From NCBI GenBank assembly GCA_040218735.1, contig JAVJQW010000043.1:288001-352000 (forward strand): a DNA stretch of 64,000 nt, in the 5' to 3' direction. The DNA is from Deltaproteobacteria bacterium. GTDB taxonomy: Bacteria > Myxococcota > Kuafuiibacteriia > Kuafuiibacteriales > Kuafuiibacteriaceae. The translations under genes were made by a program, and so were the position numbers. The notes beneath the pieces were generated by a model that was not told the origin of the DNA, did not search any database, and was given only the letters and a program-made list of their open reading frames with translations. Numbering within the stretch: position 1 is the stretch's first letter; every line of letters begins with the position of its first letter. Shown here in pieces: positions 28,924 to 38,575 of the stretch.

Positions 28924-30903
28924 TCAACGAGTGGCGTCGAACGTCTCGCGCAGCACGCGCGCGAGCTCGGCTATCGCGAAGGGTTTGCGCAGGACCGGCG
29001 CGCCGCCGATCGCTTCGGTGCCGTCGTCGTACGAGTAGCCCGACATGAGCACGACTGGCAGACCGGGGATCGAGCTGCGGATGAGTCGGGCCAGCGCGAT
29101 GCCACCGAGGTTCGGCATCACGATGTCGCTCAGCACGAGGTCCCAGCGTGTCGCGTCCTCTTCGAGTCGGTGGAGCGCGTCCATACCGTCGACCGCCGTG
29201 TCGTAGCGGTAGCCGAGGCGATCGAGGTAGCGCGCGATGGTGTCGCGCACCGTCTCCTGGTCCTCGACGAGGAGGATGCGTTCGTCGCCGCCGACCGGCG
29301 TCCGCGGTGCGGGCGCGGGGCGGGGCCGGTCGCTGCTCTGGTGCTCCGGAAGATAACAATCGAAGGTCGAGCCCTCTCCGAGCTCGGATTCGACCGTGAC
29401 GAACCCGTTGGCGCCCGTCACGATCCCGTAGACCGTCGCGAGCCCGAGCCCCGTCCCCTTCTCCTTGGTTCCAAAGAACGGTTCGAAGATCCGCTCCTTG
29501 GCCTCGGCGTCCATGCCTTCGCCGTGGTCGACGACACGGAGTCGGACGTAGCGCCCAGGGGGTGCGATGGCCGGGTGGCTGTCCTCGGACGGCGGGATGA
29601 TCTCTCGGCTGGTTTCGACCTCGATCTGGCCGCCCCCGTGCATGGCGTCCGACGCGTTGATGACGAGGTTCGTCGCGACCTGCTCGATGTGGGACCTCAT
29701 GACCTCCACGTGTGTGTCACCCGCGCCGAGGCGAAACTCGATCTTCGTGTCCGCCGCGAGCATCTGGAGCATGCGTCGCGCGTCGCGGAGGACGTCGTCG
29801 ATGGCCACGGTCTTGGCGCGTGCCCCCGGTCGGCCCCCGAACAGCAAGAGCTCCTTCGTCATGGCGGCCGAGCGTTGGATGAGCGCGTCGAGCTCGGTCA
29901 CGTCCTCGTAGCTGGGCGACGTTTCGCCGAGGTCCTCGCGCAGCAACGTGCACAGCGCGGACATCGCCATGAGCTGATTGTTGAAGTCGTGCGCAATGCC
30001 GCCGGCGAGGCGCCCGACGGCTTCGAGCTTCTGCGCCTGACGTAGCGAGCGCTGGAGTCGACGCTCCGTCGAGGCCTGGCACGCGTGCGCGTGGAGGAGA
30101 CCGGCCGTCTCGCCGAGCGCCGCGATCGCGCTGTCCGCGTCCGAGCTGAGCCTCGCGTCGGCGGCGACGATCAGCGCGCCGCCGAGGTCGGCGGAGCCGA
30201 AGCGGTGCACGGCGTAGTGCGCGGCGCGAGGCATCTGAAAGGTCCGACAGATGTCGAAGAACAGCGAAGCGTCGTCACGCGCTAGCGTCAGCGCGTCTTC
30301 CGCGGTCGAGCTGCGCTCGACGACGGCCTGTCCCCGCCTTCGCAAGGTAGATTGCACGCGTTCACCTACGCGCGTGACGAGCGCGGCCCAGGTGCCGTCG
30401 AGATCGTCGGCCGCGCGATCCAGGAGCGTGCCGCGGGCCGAAGCCCAGTCCTGGTCTGCGAGGTAGTGGGCGGTGAGATCGCGGATCGACTCGAGCTGCT
30501 GCGCGTGGCGGACGTTCGACTGCTCGGCGCGTTTGCGGTCGCCGATGTCGATGAACATCGCGCAGGTCCCCACGGCTCCGGTCTCGGCATCCTGGTCGGG
30601 GACGGCCCGTAGGATCGTCTCGACGATGGTGCCGTCGCGCCGGACGAACTGACGTTCTTCGTCCGCGAGCGTCCCGTGGAGCGCGCGGTCATAGCCCCCG
30701 TGCTCCAGCGCGACGCGCGACGCTTCGGTCGAGAACCGGGACAGCGGGGCGCCGATCACCTCGTCTCGCGTGTATCCGAGCGCCTCGCAGAACCGTCCGT
30801 TGCAGTCGTGCACGATCGCGACGCCGTCCTCCAGACGCGTCACGACGCACATGATCGGTGCGTCGGTGAAGAACTGGCGCCAACGAATCGCCGGGTCCTT
30901 CAC
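28924..30903 (-). CDS. PAS-domain hybrid histidine kinase with receiver domain
   Basis: PAS (ALGYTRDEVIG), GGIAHDFNN H-box, NLVINASDA, FEPFFGTK, GTGLGL, ILLVED..DIVMP..KP; start estimated at GTG 30903. Confidence 0.9.
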   Translation of the reverse strand: MKDPAIRWRQFFTDAPIMCVVTRLEDGVAIVHDCNGRFCEALGYTRDEVIGAPLSRFSTEASRVALEHGGYDRALHGTLADEERQFVRRDGTIVETILRAVPDQDAETGAVGTCAMFIDIGDRKRAEQSNVRHAQQLESIRDLTAHYLADQDWASARGTLLDRAADDLDGTWAALVTRVGERVQSTLRRRGQAVVERSSTAEDALTLARDDASLFFDICRTFQMPRAAHYAVHRFGSADLGGALIVAADARLSSDADSAIAALGETAGLLHAHACQASTERRLQRSLRQAQKLEAVGRLAGGIAHDFNNQLMAMSALCTLLREDLGETSPSYEDVTELDALIQRSAAMTKELLLFGGRPGARAKTVAIDDVLRDARRMLQMLAADTKIEFRLGAGDTHVEVMRSHIEQVATNLVINASDAMHGGGQIEVETSREIIPPSEDSHPAIAPPGRYVRLRVVDHGEGMDAEAKERIFEPFFGTKEKGTGLGLATVYGIVTGANGFVTVESELGEGSTFDCYLPEHQSSDRPRPAPAPRTPVGGDERILLVEDQETVRDTIARYLDRLGYRYDTAVDGMDALHRLEEDATRWDLVLSDIVMPNLGGIALARLIRSSIPGLPVVLMSGYSYDDGTEAIGGAPVLRKPFAIAELARVLRETFDATR

Positions 30904-31003
30904 GCACTCAGAATAGCCGCGGCTCCCGGTCGAGCAAGCGACGTTGTCGATTCGCCGTAGTCTCGCGTAGCCCACGGAGCGGACTGCGCGGTACCGTCTC
31001 ACC

Positions 31004-31741
31004 GTGACCTACGACGCCGAGCTCTACGCGCGCCTGCACCGCGGCACCGAAGGGGACGTCGACTTCTACCGCCGCCACGCGACCGGTACTGTCCTCGAGA
31101 TCGGCGCAGGGTTCGGGCGCGTCACCCACGCCGTCGCCGACGTTGCAGAAGTCGTCCGAATCGTCGGCCTCGACATCGACCCCTCGCTCCTCGCGCTGGC
31201 CCCCGCGCACGCGAAGGTCACCTACCGCCCGGGCGACGCCCGGACGTTCAACCTCGATGGTCCGTTCGACCGGATCTTCGCACCGCACGGCGTGCTGTGG
31301 TGCCTGCTCGACGACCGCGACGTGAGCGCGTGCTTCGAGGCGGTGGCTCGGCACCTCGCACCCGATGGGCTGTTCGTCTTCGACGTGTGGGCCGCCGACG
31401 AGCTGCACGCGGAGGGTGATCCCGAGGATGTGGATCCGGAGCACCTCGATCACGTCGCGACGCTCGACGGTGAGCCTGCGCTCGACGTCCTCGAACGCTC
31501 CACGTGGGACAAGGCGTCCCAGCGGTTGGACGTCACGTACCTCTACGTCGACGCCGACGAGCAGGTCGTCGGCGAAGGCACGATTCACCAGCGCTACCTC
31601 CTCGAGCATCAGCTACGCGCGCACCTCGACCGCGCGCGTCTGGAGCTGGTGGACCTGTTCGGTGACTTCGCCGGCACCACGTACGACGGAACGCACGACC
31701 ACCTGATCGGCGTCGCGCGGCTCAGGGGACGAGCGGTCTGA
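31004..31741 (+). CDS. Class I SAM-dependent methyltransferase
   Basis: VLEIGAGFGR, GLDID, GDAR, HLAPDGLFVFD. Confidence 0.85.
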   Translation: MTYDAELYARLHRGTEGDVDFYRRHATGTVLEIGAGFGRVTHAVADVAEVVRIVGLDIDPSLLALAPAHAKVTYRPGDARTFNLDGPFDRIFAPHGVLWCLLDDRDVSACFEAVARHLAPDGLFVFDVWAADELHAEGDPEDVDPEHLDHVATLDGEPALDVLERSTWDKASQRLDVTYLYVDADEQVVGEGTIHQRYLLEHQLRAHLDRARLELVDLFGDFAGTTYDGTHDHLIGVARLRGRAV

Positions 31742-32531
31742 CGAACGCTTCGACCGGATCCCAGTAGGTGTCGTCGGACGGCATGTCGTTGTGGCCGCAA
31801 TCGTAGGTCACGAGCTTCGCGTCCTTCGCGACCCGGCTGAGCGTCTCGCCGTGGTGGTACGGGACGACGGTGTCGCGTCGGCCGTGCAGCACGAGCACCG
31901 GCGATTGGAGCTCGCGGACGACGGCCTCGGTGTCGAATGGATCCGCGACGAGGAACCCGGGCAAGAGGAACTGCTGCGCAAACGAGCGGATGCTGAGGAA
32001 CGTGGACTCGAGGATCATCGCGGCGCACGGTCGATGCGCGGCGAGGGACCCGACGACACCGCCGCCGAGCGAGCGCCCGTGAAACACGATCTTCGCGGCG
32101 TCGACCTCCGGTCGCGCGACGAGTCGATCGTAGAACGCGATGTAGTCCGACGTGATCGACTCCTGGCTCGGCTCACCCGCGGAGCGTCCGTAACCGCGGA
32201 ACTCGGCGAGCAGCACCGACACGCCCAGCGTGCGGTAACGCGCGAGGGGGAGCTGCCAGAAGTCGATCGCCTCACCGTTGCCGTGCGCGAAGATCACGGC
32301 CGGGCCGGGGGCGTCCGCGGTGCGACCTTCTCCGACGAGGAACCACGCCTCGACGCGGCCTTCGGGGGTGTCGAGCCACCACGTCTCACCCTCGACGCCG
32401 CGCCCGCCCTCCGCGGGGACCTGCACGACGTGACGCGGGAAGATGATGCTCCGCTGCAGATAGGTCAGCACGGCTCCGTAGAGCACGTAGCAGACGGCGG
32501 CGCCGATCAGAAGTCGCTGGGCGGTACGCAC
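31722..32531 (-). CDS. Membrane-anchored alpha/beta-hydrolase (ABHD13/Bem46-like)
   Basis: N-terminal TM then QRSIIFP, HGNGE, FRGYGRS, GRSLGG, HGRRD, GHND. Confidence 0.85.
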   Translation of the reverse strand: MRTAQRLLIGAAVCYVLYGAVLTYLQRSIIFPRHVVQVPAEGGRGVEGETWWLDTPEGRVEAWFLVGEGRTADAPGPAVIFAHGNGEAIDFWQLPLARYRTLGVSVLLAEFRGYGRSAGEPSQESITSDYIAFYDRLVARPEVDAAKIVFHGRSLGGGVVGSLAAHRPCAAMILESTFLSIRSFAQQFLLPGFLVADPFDTEAVVRELQSPVLVLHGRRDTVVPYHHGETLSRVAKDAKLVTYDCGHNDMPSDDTYWDPVEAFVRPLVP

Positions 32532-32551
32532 GGTGATGCCGGGTTTGAGCT

Positions 32552-34258
32552 ATGATCGCGCCGGCCGTGCGTGAACACAATCTCGAGCAGAAGCTCGCCG
32601 GGCTGGAGCGCCTCCACCGCATCGGGCTCGCGCTGGGCGCGGAGAAGAACCGCGACGTCCTCGTGGAGCGCATCCTCATCGAGGCCAAGGAGCTCTGCAA
32701 CGCCGACGGCGGGACGCTCTACCTCCGCACCGAAGACGACGACCTCGCGTTCACCATCCTGCGCAACGACACCCTCGACATCGCGATGGGGGGAACCACC
32801 GGCGAGACGATCAACCTCCCGGCGATCCCGCTGACCCGCGACGGCGAACCCAACCACGCCAACGTCGCCTCGCACTGCGCGCTCCTCAAACACAGCGTGA
32901 ACATCCCCGACGCCTACGACGCCGAGGGGTTCGACTTCTCCGGGACCAAGGCGTTCGACGCACGCAGCGGCTACCGCTCGAAGTCGTTCCTCACGATCCC
33001 GATGCTCAACCAGGAGGACCGAGTGATCGGCGTCCTCCAGCTCATCAACGCGCGTGACGCGGACGGCGCCGTCGTCGAGTTCCGCCCGATGGACCAAGAG
33101 ATCGCGGAGGCGCTCGCGTCGCAGGCAGCGATCGCGCTCGACAACCAGATGCTCCTGTACGCGCAGCGCGAGCTGATGGAGGCGTTCATCAAGCTCATCG
33201 CGGCGGCCATCGACGACAAGTCGCCGTACACCGGCGGGCACTGTCGTCGCGTCCCGGTGCTCACGGAGCTGATCGCGAAGGCGGTGTGTGAGACCGAGGA
33301 GGGGCCGTTCGCTGCGTTCGATCTGTCGGACTCCGAGTGGTACGAGCTGCACATCGCGGGCTGGCTGCACGACTGCGGCAAGGTCACGACGCCCGTCCAC
33401 GTGATGGACAAGGCGACCAAGCTCGAGACGATCACCGACCGCATCCAAGAGGTGCGTACGCGCTACGCGGTGCTGCGCCAGACGGCGCGCATCGCTCGCC
33501 TGGAGGCGGTCGCGAGCGGCGCGGACGAGGCGGCGACGCAGAAGGCGTACGAAGAGGAGCTCGCGAAGCTCGACGACGAGCTCGCGTTCCTGGAGGTCGC
33601 GAACATCGGCGGCGAGTTCATGTCCGACGACAAGAAGGACCGCGTCCGCGCGATCGCCGAGCGCCGCTACGAGAACGAACGCGGCGAGCTCGTCCCGGTG
33701 CTGACCGACGAGGAGGTGCACAACCTCCTCATCTCGCGCGGGACGCTCACCAACGACGAACGCATCGTGATCAACGGGCACATGGTCCAGACCATTCGCA
33801 TGCTCGAAGCGCTCCCGTTCCCGCGGCACCTGAAGCGCGTCCCGGAGTACGCGGGCGGCCACCACGAGAAGATGGACGGCAGCGGGTACCCGAAGGGCAT
33901 CTACGCTGGCGACATGTCCGTCCCCGCGCGCATCATGGCGATCGCCGACGTCTTCGAAGCGCTGACCGCGCAGGACCGCCCGTACAAGAAGGGCAAGGCG
34001 CTCTCGGAGGCGATGCGCATCATGGGGTTCATGAAGCGCGACAACCACCTCGACCCGGACCTCTTCGACATCTTCGTGAAGAGCGGAACCTACCGGCGCT
34101 ACGCCGCGGAGTTCCTCCCCGCCGAGCTGATCGACGACGTCGACGAAGCCGCGCTCCTCGCGATCGAGCCCAAGCCGTTCGAGCTCCCGGCGACGGGTGA
34201 GCGCGACAAACGCTGGGCGGCGTTCCTCCCCGAGTACGAAGCGACGATCCGCGATTAG
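32552..34258 (+). CDS. GAF + HD-GYP cyclic di-GMP phosphodiesterase
   Basis: GAF (ADGGTLY, IGVLQLIN), KSPYTGGHC, LHDCGK, HHEKMDGSGYP, ADVFEALT; true start may be GTG 32567. Confidence 0.9.
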   Translation: MIAPAVREHNLEQKLAGLERLHRIGLALGAEKNRDVLVERILIEAKELCNADGGTLYLRTEDDDLAFTILRNDTLDIAMGGTTGETINLPAIPLTRDGEPNHANVASHCALLKHSVNIPDAYDAEGFDFSGTKAFDARSGYRSKSFLTIPMLNQEDRVIGVLQLINARDADGAVVEFRPMDQEIAEALASQAAIALDNQMLLYAQRELMEAFIKLIAAAIDDKSPYTGGHCRRVPVLTELIAKAVCETEEGPFAAFDLSDSEWYELHIAGWLHDCGKVTTPVHVMDKATKLETITDRIQEVRTRYAVLRQTARIARLEAVASGADEAATQKAYEEELAKLDDELAFLEVANIGGEFMSDDKKDRVRAIAERRYENERGELVPVLTDEEVHNLLISRGTLTNDERIVINGHMVQTIRMLEALPFPRHLKRVPEYAGGHHEKMDGSGYPKGIYAGDMSVPARIMAIADVFEALTAQDRPYKKGKALSEAMRIMGFMKRDNHLDPDLFDIFVKSGTYRRYAAEFLPAELIDDVDEAALLAIEPKPFELPATGERDKRWAAFLPEYEATIRD

Positions 34259-35436
34259 TTCGCGACGCGCACCGTGATGCGCGTAATGCCGCGGTTGCCG
34301 ACGAGCGCGCCGTCGACGGTCACCACGTCCGTCGCCGTCGCGGTGAGGGTGTGCAGGCCCGGCGGCAGGGTGACCGCGCCGGTGAGCGGAGTGCCCGCGA
34401 CCTGGAGGTCGCCGTAGGTCACCGTCCTCACGCCGGACGCGTCGGTGGCCGTGACCTCGATGTCGAACGGGGAGGTAACGTCGGCGCCGTCGGTGGGTTT
34501 GTCGAACGTAACGGACGGCGGTGTGTTGTCGACGCGGAACATCCACCGGTCCACGCGCTCCGCGCCGTGGGTGTCCCACGCGAAGAGCGCCAGGGCGTGC
34601 GGCCCGTCGGTGAGCTGGCGGCTGTCGTAGCGGGCGGCGAGGGTCGAGGTGCTGGAGGTCGCGACGCGGACCTCGTCGATCTCGACGCGGAGCGCGGCGA
34701 CCTCGGACGGGTCGTCGGCGCGTACGTCGAACACGAGGTCACCGCCGTAGCGCAGCCCTTCCATCGGGCCGCTCAGCAGCGTGATCGTCGGGCCGGACGC
34801 GTTGTCGATCTGAAGCCCGATGCGGTGGACCGACTGAATGCCGGCGACGTCCGTCGCGGTCGCTTCGAAGCCCCACAACCCATCGTCGAGCGCCAGGGTG
34901 TCGACGCTGAAGCGAAACGGACCTTCGCGTCGTGACCCGAGCTGGACGCCGCGCGGCCCGACGAGCTGAACGATGTCGAGGCCGATGTCGTCCGAAGCGG
35001 TGACGACGATCTCGATCGTCCCCCGCACCACGGCGCCGTCGGTCGGTGTGGAGATGCGCACGACGGGGGCTGCTTGGGGACCGCAGTCGGGCTCATCCTC
35101 CTCGCCGTCGCAGTCGTTGTCCTTCTCGTCGGCGCAGATCTCCATCTGCTTCGACGACACGAGCGGGTCGTCGTCGTCGCAGTCGCCGCCCGGGCCGAAC
35201 GGGGCGCCGAGCCAGTTGTCGCCGTCACCGTCCTGATCGCCGTCGGGTGTCGTGTCGAGGCAGTCGTTGTCCTCGCCGTCGTACGGGATCTCTTCTTCGG
35301 CGCAGGGGACGCAGTACCCCGTCTCGCCCCCCTCGAACGCGCAGCGCATCGTCGCAGGGCAGGTCCCCGACGACAGGCACGGGTCGTCGCTGCTGCACGC
35401 CGCGAGGACGAGCACGAAGGGGGCGAGGCGTCTCAC
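34255..35436 (-). CDS. Lipoprotein with Cys/Asp-rich putative metal-binding repeats and bacterial Ig-like domains
   Basis: LAAC lipobox; DCDD and DNDCDG motifs; three Ig-like units (PTDGA, DNTPP). Confidence 0.75.
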   Translation of the reverse strand: MRRLAPFVLVLAACSSDDPCLSSGTCPATMRCAFEGGETGYCVPCAEEEIPYDGEDNDCLDTTPDGDQDGDGDNWLGAPFGPGGDCDDDDPLVSSKQMEICADEKDNDCDGEEDEPDCGPQAAPVVRISTPTDGAVVRGTIEIVVTASDDIGLDIVQLVGPRGVQLGSRREGPFRFSVDTLALDDGLWGFEATATDVAGIQSVHRIGLQIDNASGPTITLLSGPMEGLRYGGDLVFDVRADDPSEVAALRVEIDEVRVATSSTSTLAARYDSRQLTDGPHALALFAWDTHGAERVDRWMFRVDNTPPSVTFDKPTDGADVTSPFDIEVTATDASGVRTVTYGDLQVAGTPLTGAVTLPPGLHTLTATATDVVTVDGALVGNRGITRITVRVAN

Positions 35437-36521
35437 GCACGCGCCCCTTCTTCGATCGCGTCGTTCATCGACTGGTCGAGCGCAGCGAGGACACCCGCGT
35501 TGTCGTCGTGTTCGAAGCTGGCGAGGTGCGCGCGGTAGTCGTCCGTGCGCGCGAGGAACGCCTCGACCGTCTCGCGGTTCAGGACCTTCGCCTGTGCGCC
35601 GTACCCGAGCTTTTCGAGGTACGCGGCGTTGAGCACCTGCTCGAACTGACCGACGAGCGGCACCGAGAGCATCGGTTTGCCGAGGTAGATCGCCTCGCCC
35701 ATCAGCGTGAAGCCGCCGCCCGCGAGCACGGCGCGCGCGCTCGCGAGGTCGTCGATGAACGTGGTCTCCGAGAACGGCCGGTGGGTGAGGTTGCCGTCCA
35801 CGACGTCGCCGTCGATGTCGCGCTTCAGCCCGTAGATGCGGAACGGCACGTCGATCTGCTTGAGCTCGTCGACGAGTGTGTTGTGGCTGGTGCCCGACTG
35901 GTAGACGAGCACGTGCTCGCCGTCGCTCACGCGCGCCTTGGCGTCGAGGATGATGCGGCGGAGGATCGGCGGGTGAAGCGACGTGCGGTCGCGTTTCACC
36001 GGCGGATAGAAGAACGTCGTGATCAGGTAGCGGTTGCAGCGCGGGAGCTTCGCCCGAACGATGCTCTTGGTGAGCAGGAAGTCCTTCATCGCGCCCGCCA
36101 GCACGTCCTCGTCGTGGTGGCAGCGCGGGATGATCTGCATGTTGTCGACGGAGACGATCGGCACGCCCTGACCGCGCGCGAACCAGTACGTCCAGGACTC
36201 GAAGTCCGACACCACCACGTCCGGTGAGAAGTCCCGCGTGAGGCGCGTGTACGCCTTCAGGTTCTCCGGCACCCCCTTGAGCGCCTTGAGGTTCTCGATC
36301 GCCGTCTTCCGCTTTTTGACGACGTTGTCCTCGTACACCATCGTCAGCCCGGTGATGCGCGTGACGATGTCCGGGTGCCGCGCTTCGAGGTAGTTCACGG
36401 CGCGCCCCGAGCCGACGATCTGCATCTCGTGGCCCTGCGCGGTGAGGTGCTCGAGCAGGACGGCGGAGCGCATCGCGTGCCCCATCCCCTCGCCGACGAC
36501 GCCGTACAGAACTCTCAACAC
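35433..36521 (-). CDS. GT-B glycosyltransferase (MJ1255/VC2487-like, MurG-related)
   Basis: YGVVGEGMGHAMRS, DVVVSDFES, GGGFTLMGEA, GQFEQ..NA. Confidence 0.85.
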   Translation of the reverse strand: MLRVLYGVVGEGMGHAMRSAVLLEHLTAQGHEMQIVGSGRAVNYLEARHPDIVTRITGLTMVYEDNVVKKRKTAIENLKALKGVPENLKAYTRLTRDFSPDVVVSDFESWTYWFARGQGVPIVSVDNMQIIPRCHHDEDVLAGAMKDFLLTKSIVRAKLPRCNRYLITTFFYPPVKRDRTSLHPPILRRIILDAKARVSDGEHVLVYQSGTSHNTLVDELKQIDVPFRIYGLKRDIDGDVVDGNLTHRPFSETTFIDDLASARAVLAGGGFTLMGEAIYLGKPMLSVPLVGQFEQVLNAAYLEKLGYGAQAKVLNRETVEAFLARTDDYRAHLASFEHDDNAGVLAALDQSMNDAIEEGARA

Positions 36522-36522
36522 A

Positions 36523-38445
36523 TCACCCCTGTTTGTTCTTCTTGTCGCCCGGCGCCTTCTTCTTCTCGGGCGGCCGGTTCTTCTCGCGTTTGTGGAAACG
36601 GATCCGGGTCTCGAGCGCGCCCGCGAGCGCTTCGTTGGAGAGCTGCCCCAGCCGGTTGAGCCGATTGAGGAGCGCGCGGACCCGACCCATGTGCCGCCCC
36701 GACACGCGGCCCTCGTCGTAGTGTTTGTGGTAGAGCAGCGGCCCCGGGATGATCGTCGCGAGGTAGACCATCTCTTGCGCCTGAAGGCGCCGCGGCGGTC
36801 GGCCGAAGTAGTGCTCCGACGCGTCCGCGATGCCGTAGATGCTGGGGCCCCACTCGATCAGGTTCGCGTAGGCCTCGAAGATCTGGTCCTTGGTGAGCAC
36901 GGACTCCAGCAGGAACGTGATCAGCAGCTCCTGGACCTTGCGGAGCGCGGTGCGGTCACGCGAGAGGAACAGGTTCTTCACGAGCTGCTGCGACAACGTG
37001 GACCCGCCGCGCGCGCGGTCGTCGCTCTCCATCGCCTCCTGGATCGCCGCCCGCACCTCTTCGATCTCCAGCCCGCGGTGGAACGGGAACGTGCTGTCCT
37101 CGGACACGATGATCGCGCGTCGCTGGACGTACGGGATCCGCTTGTACGGGATCCAGCCCTCGGTCCCGGGGCCCTTCACGAGCGCGGTCTCGGAGCGGCC
37201 CTGCTTCGTGAGCGGGAAGTACTCGAACGGACCGTCGAGGAACTCGAGCCCGGTGATGACGCCCTCCTGGTCGAGCCCCTGCATCGAGTACTCGAGCTTC
37301 GGCTCCCACGTGGAGGGGTCGCGCAACTTGCCTTGCACCGAGCCGCTCATCGCGAAGAACACGTTCGGGGAGAGGTCCCGCGCGAACTCGGGTTCGTCCG
37401 AGCCGGGCACGGAGCGCAGCAGGCGGAGCAGCGGCGTCGACTTGAGCTCCGCCTTCGCGAAGAAGGCGGGAGAGTCCTCCTCTTCGGCGAGGCGGAGCGA
37501 CAGCACGACGGGGATCTGGTTGATCTCGACGATGCCGCCCTCCATCGCGAGGCGACGTTTGTCGACGTTGACCACGATGCGCGCCTTCTCGCGCGCCGAG
37601 AAGCCGACGAGGCGCCCCTTCGACACGTGACGGTTCGCGAGGTCGACGTCCTGCTGCGCCATGTCGAGGTCGACGGTGAGGATCTTCTTCTCGGACACGT
37701 AGCGCATGCCGACCGTGCCCTTCGAAGGGAGCTGGCGGATGTCGAGCTGACTGTCCTCGAGGAAGTTGCCGAAGATGGGGACGAGGTCACCCTCGGCGCC
37801 GGCCGACAGGTCCCAGCCTTCGTCCGTCGGGGTGATGCGGCCATTCACGGTGGAGCCGGTGGTCGGCTCGCGGATGGTGAGCGACGCCGCGGAGCGCCCG
37901 GACCGCATCTGGACCGTGACGTTGCCGTCGATCGGACCGAACGATCCCTGCCGGAAGCGATCCGGTATGGGGAGGTCGCTCCAGTCGAGTGAGAGGTCGT
38001 CGAAGGAGATCTGGATCTCGCGGAGCGCGCTCTTGCGATTCTCGCGCTTCCCCTGCTTCGGTTTGACGTCGACGAACGCCGGCCGCGCCTGGCCCTCCGT
38101 CTGACCGGCGAGCTGGATGCGCGGCTCGTCCAGCCGGATGCTCACCGCGTGGAAGCCGGACCCGAGCGCCGAGGACCACCGCTCCACGCACGCACGTTTG
38201 GTCGACATGCGGAGCTGATACGATCCACTGAAACGATTCATCTGCAGGTCGTGCAGACACGGCGCGAAGTTCCAGGCGAAGGACACGCCAGAGAGCTGAA
38301 CGGAGGCGCGCGCGCGGTTCGCGATACGCCCCGCGAGGTGCACCGCCAGCTCGCGGCTCACGTAGTCCGACGTGACGAAGAGCCGGACCACCACGGTCAC
38401 GACGAGCAGCGTGGTCGGAATCCCGATCAGGAGGACCCGCGCCAT
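36523..38445 (-). CDS. Membrane-anchored protein with C-terminal peptidoglycan transglycosylase (GT51) domain, no transpeptidase
   Basis: EDSTFPFHRG, GGSTLSQQLVKN, RKVQE, KDQIFEAYAN; N-terminal TM; start estimated at ATG 38445. Confidence 0.85.
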   Translation of the reverse strand: MARVLLIGIPTTLLVVTVVVRLFVTSDYVSRELAVHLAGRIANRARASVQLSGVSFAWNFAPCLHDLQMNRFSGSYQLRMSTKRACVERWSSALGSGFHAVSIRLDEPRIQLAGQTEGQARPAFVDVKPKQGKRENRKSALREIQISFDDLSLDWSDLPIPDRFRQGSFGPIDGNVTVQMRSGRSAASLTIREPTTGSTVNGRITPTDEGWDLSAGAEGDLVPIFGNFLEDSQLDIRQLPSKGTVGMRYVSEKKILTVDLDMAQQDVDLANRHVSKGRLVGFSAREKARIVVNVDKRRLAMEGGIVEINQIPVVLSLRLAEEEDSPAFFAKAELKSTPLLRLLRSVPGSDEPEFARDLSPNVFFAMSGSVQGKLRDPSTWEPKLEYSMQGLDQEGVITGLEFLDGPFEYFPLTKQGRSETALVKGPGTEGWIPYKRIPYVQRRAIIVSEDSTFPFHRGLEIEEVRAAIQEAMESDDRARGGSTLSQQLVKNLFLSRDRTALRKVQELLITFLLESVLTKDQIFEAYANLIEWGPSIYGIADASEHYFGRPPRRLQAQEMVYLATIIPGPLLYHKHYDEGRVSGRHMGRVRALLNRLNRLGQLSNEALAGALETRIRFHKREKNRPPEKKKAPGDKKNKQG

Positions 38446-38575
38446 CGTCGCTTCGCGCGTCCGCGGGGGCCGGCGCACCTGTGGCTGCTCACTCACGTGC
38501 TCCCGGGAGGATACGTCGCCGCCCCCGCCGAGGCGAGTACTACCCCCGCGCCTCGATTCGGCCGAGAATCGCCCC

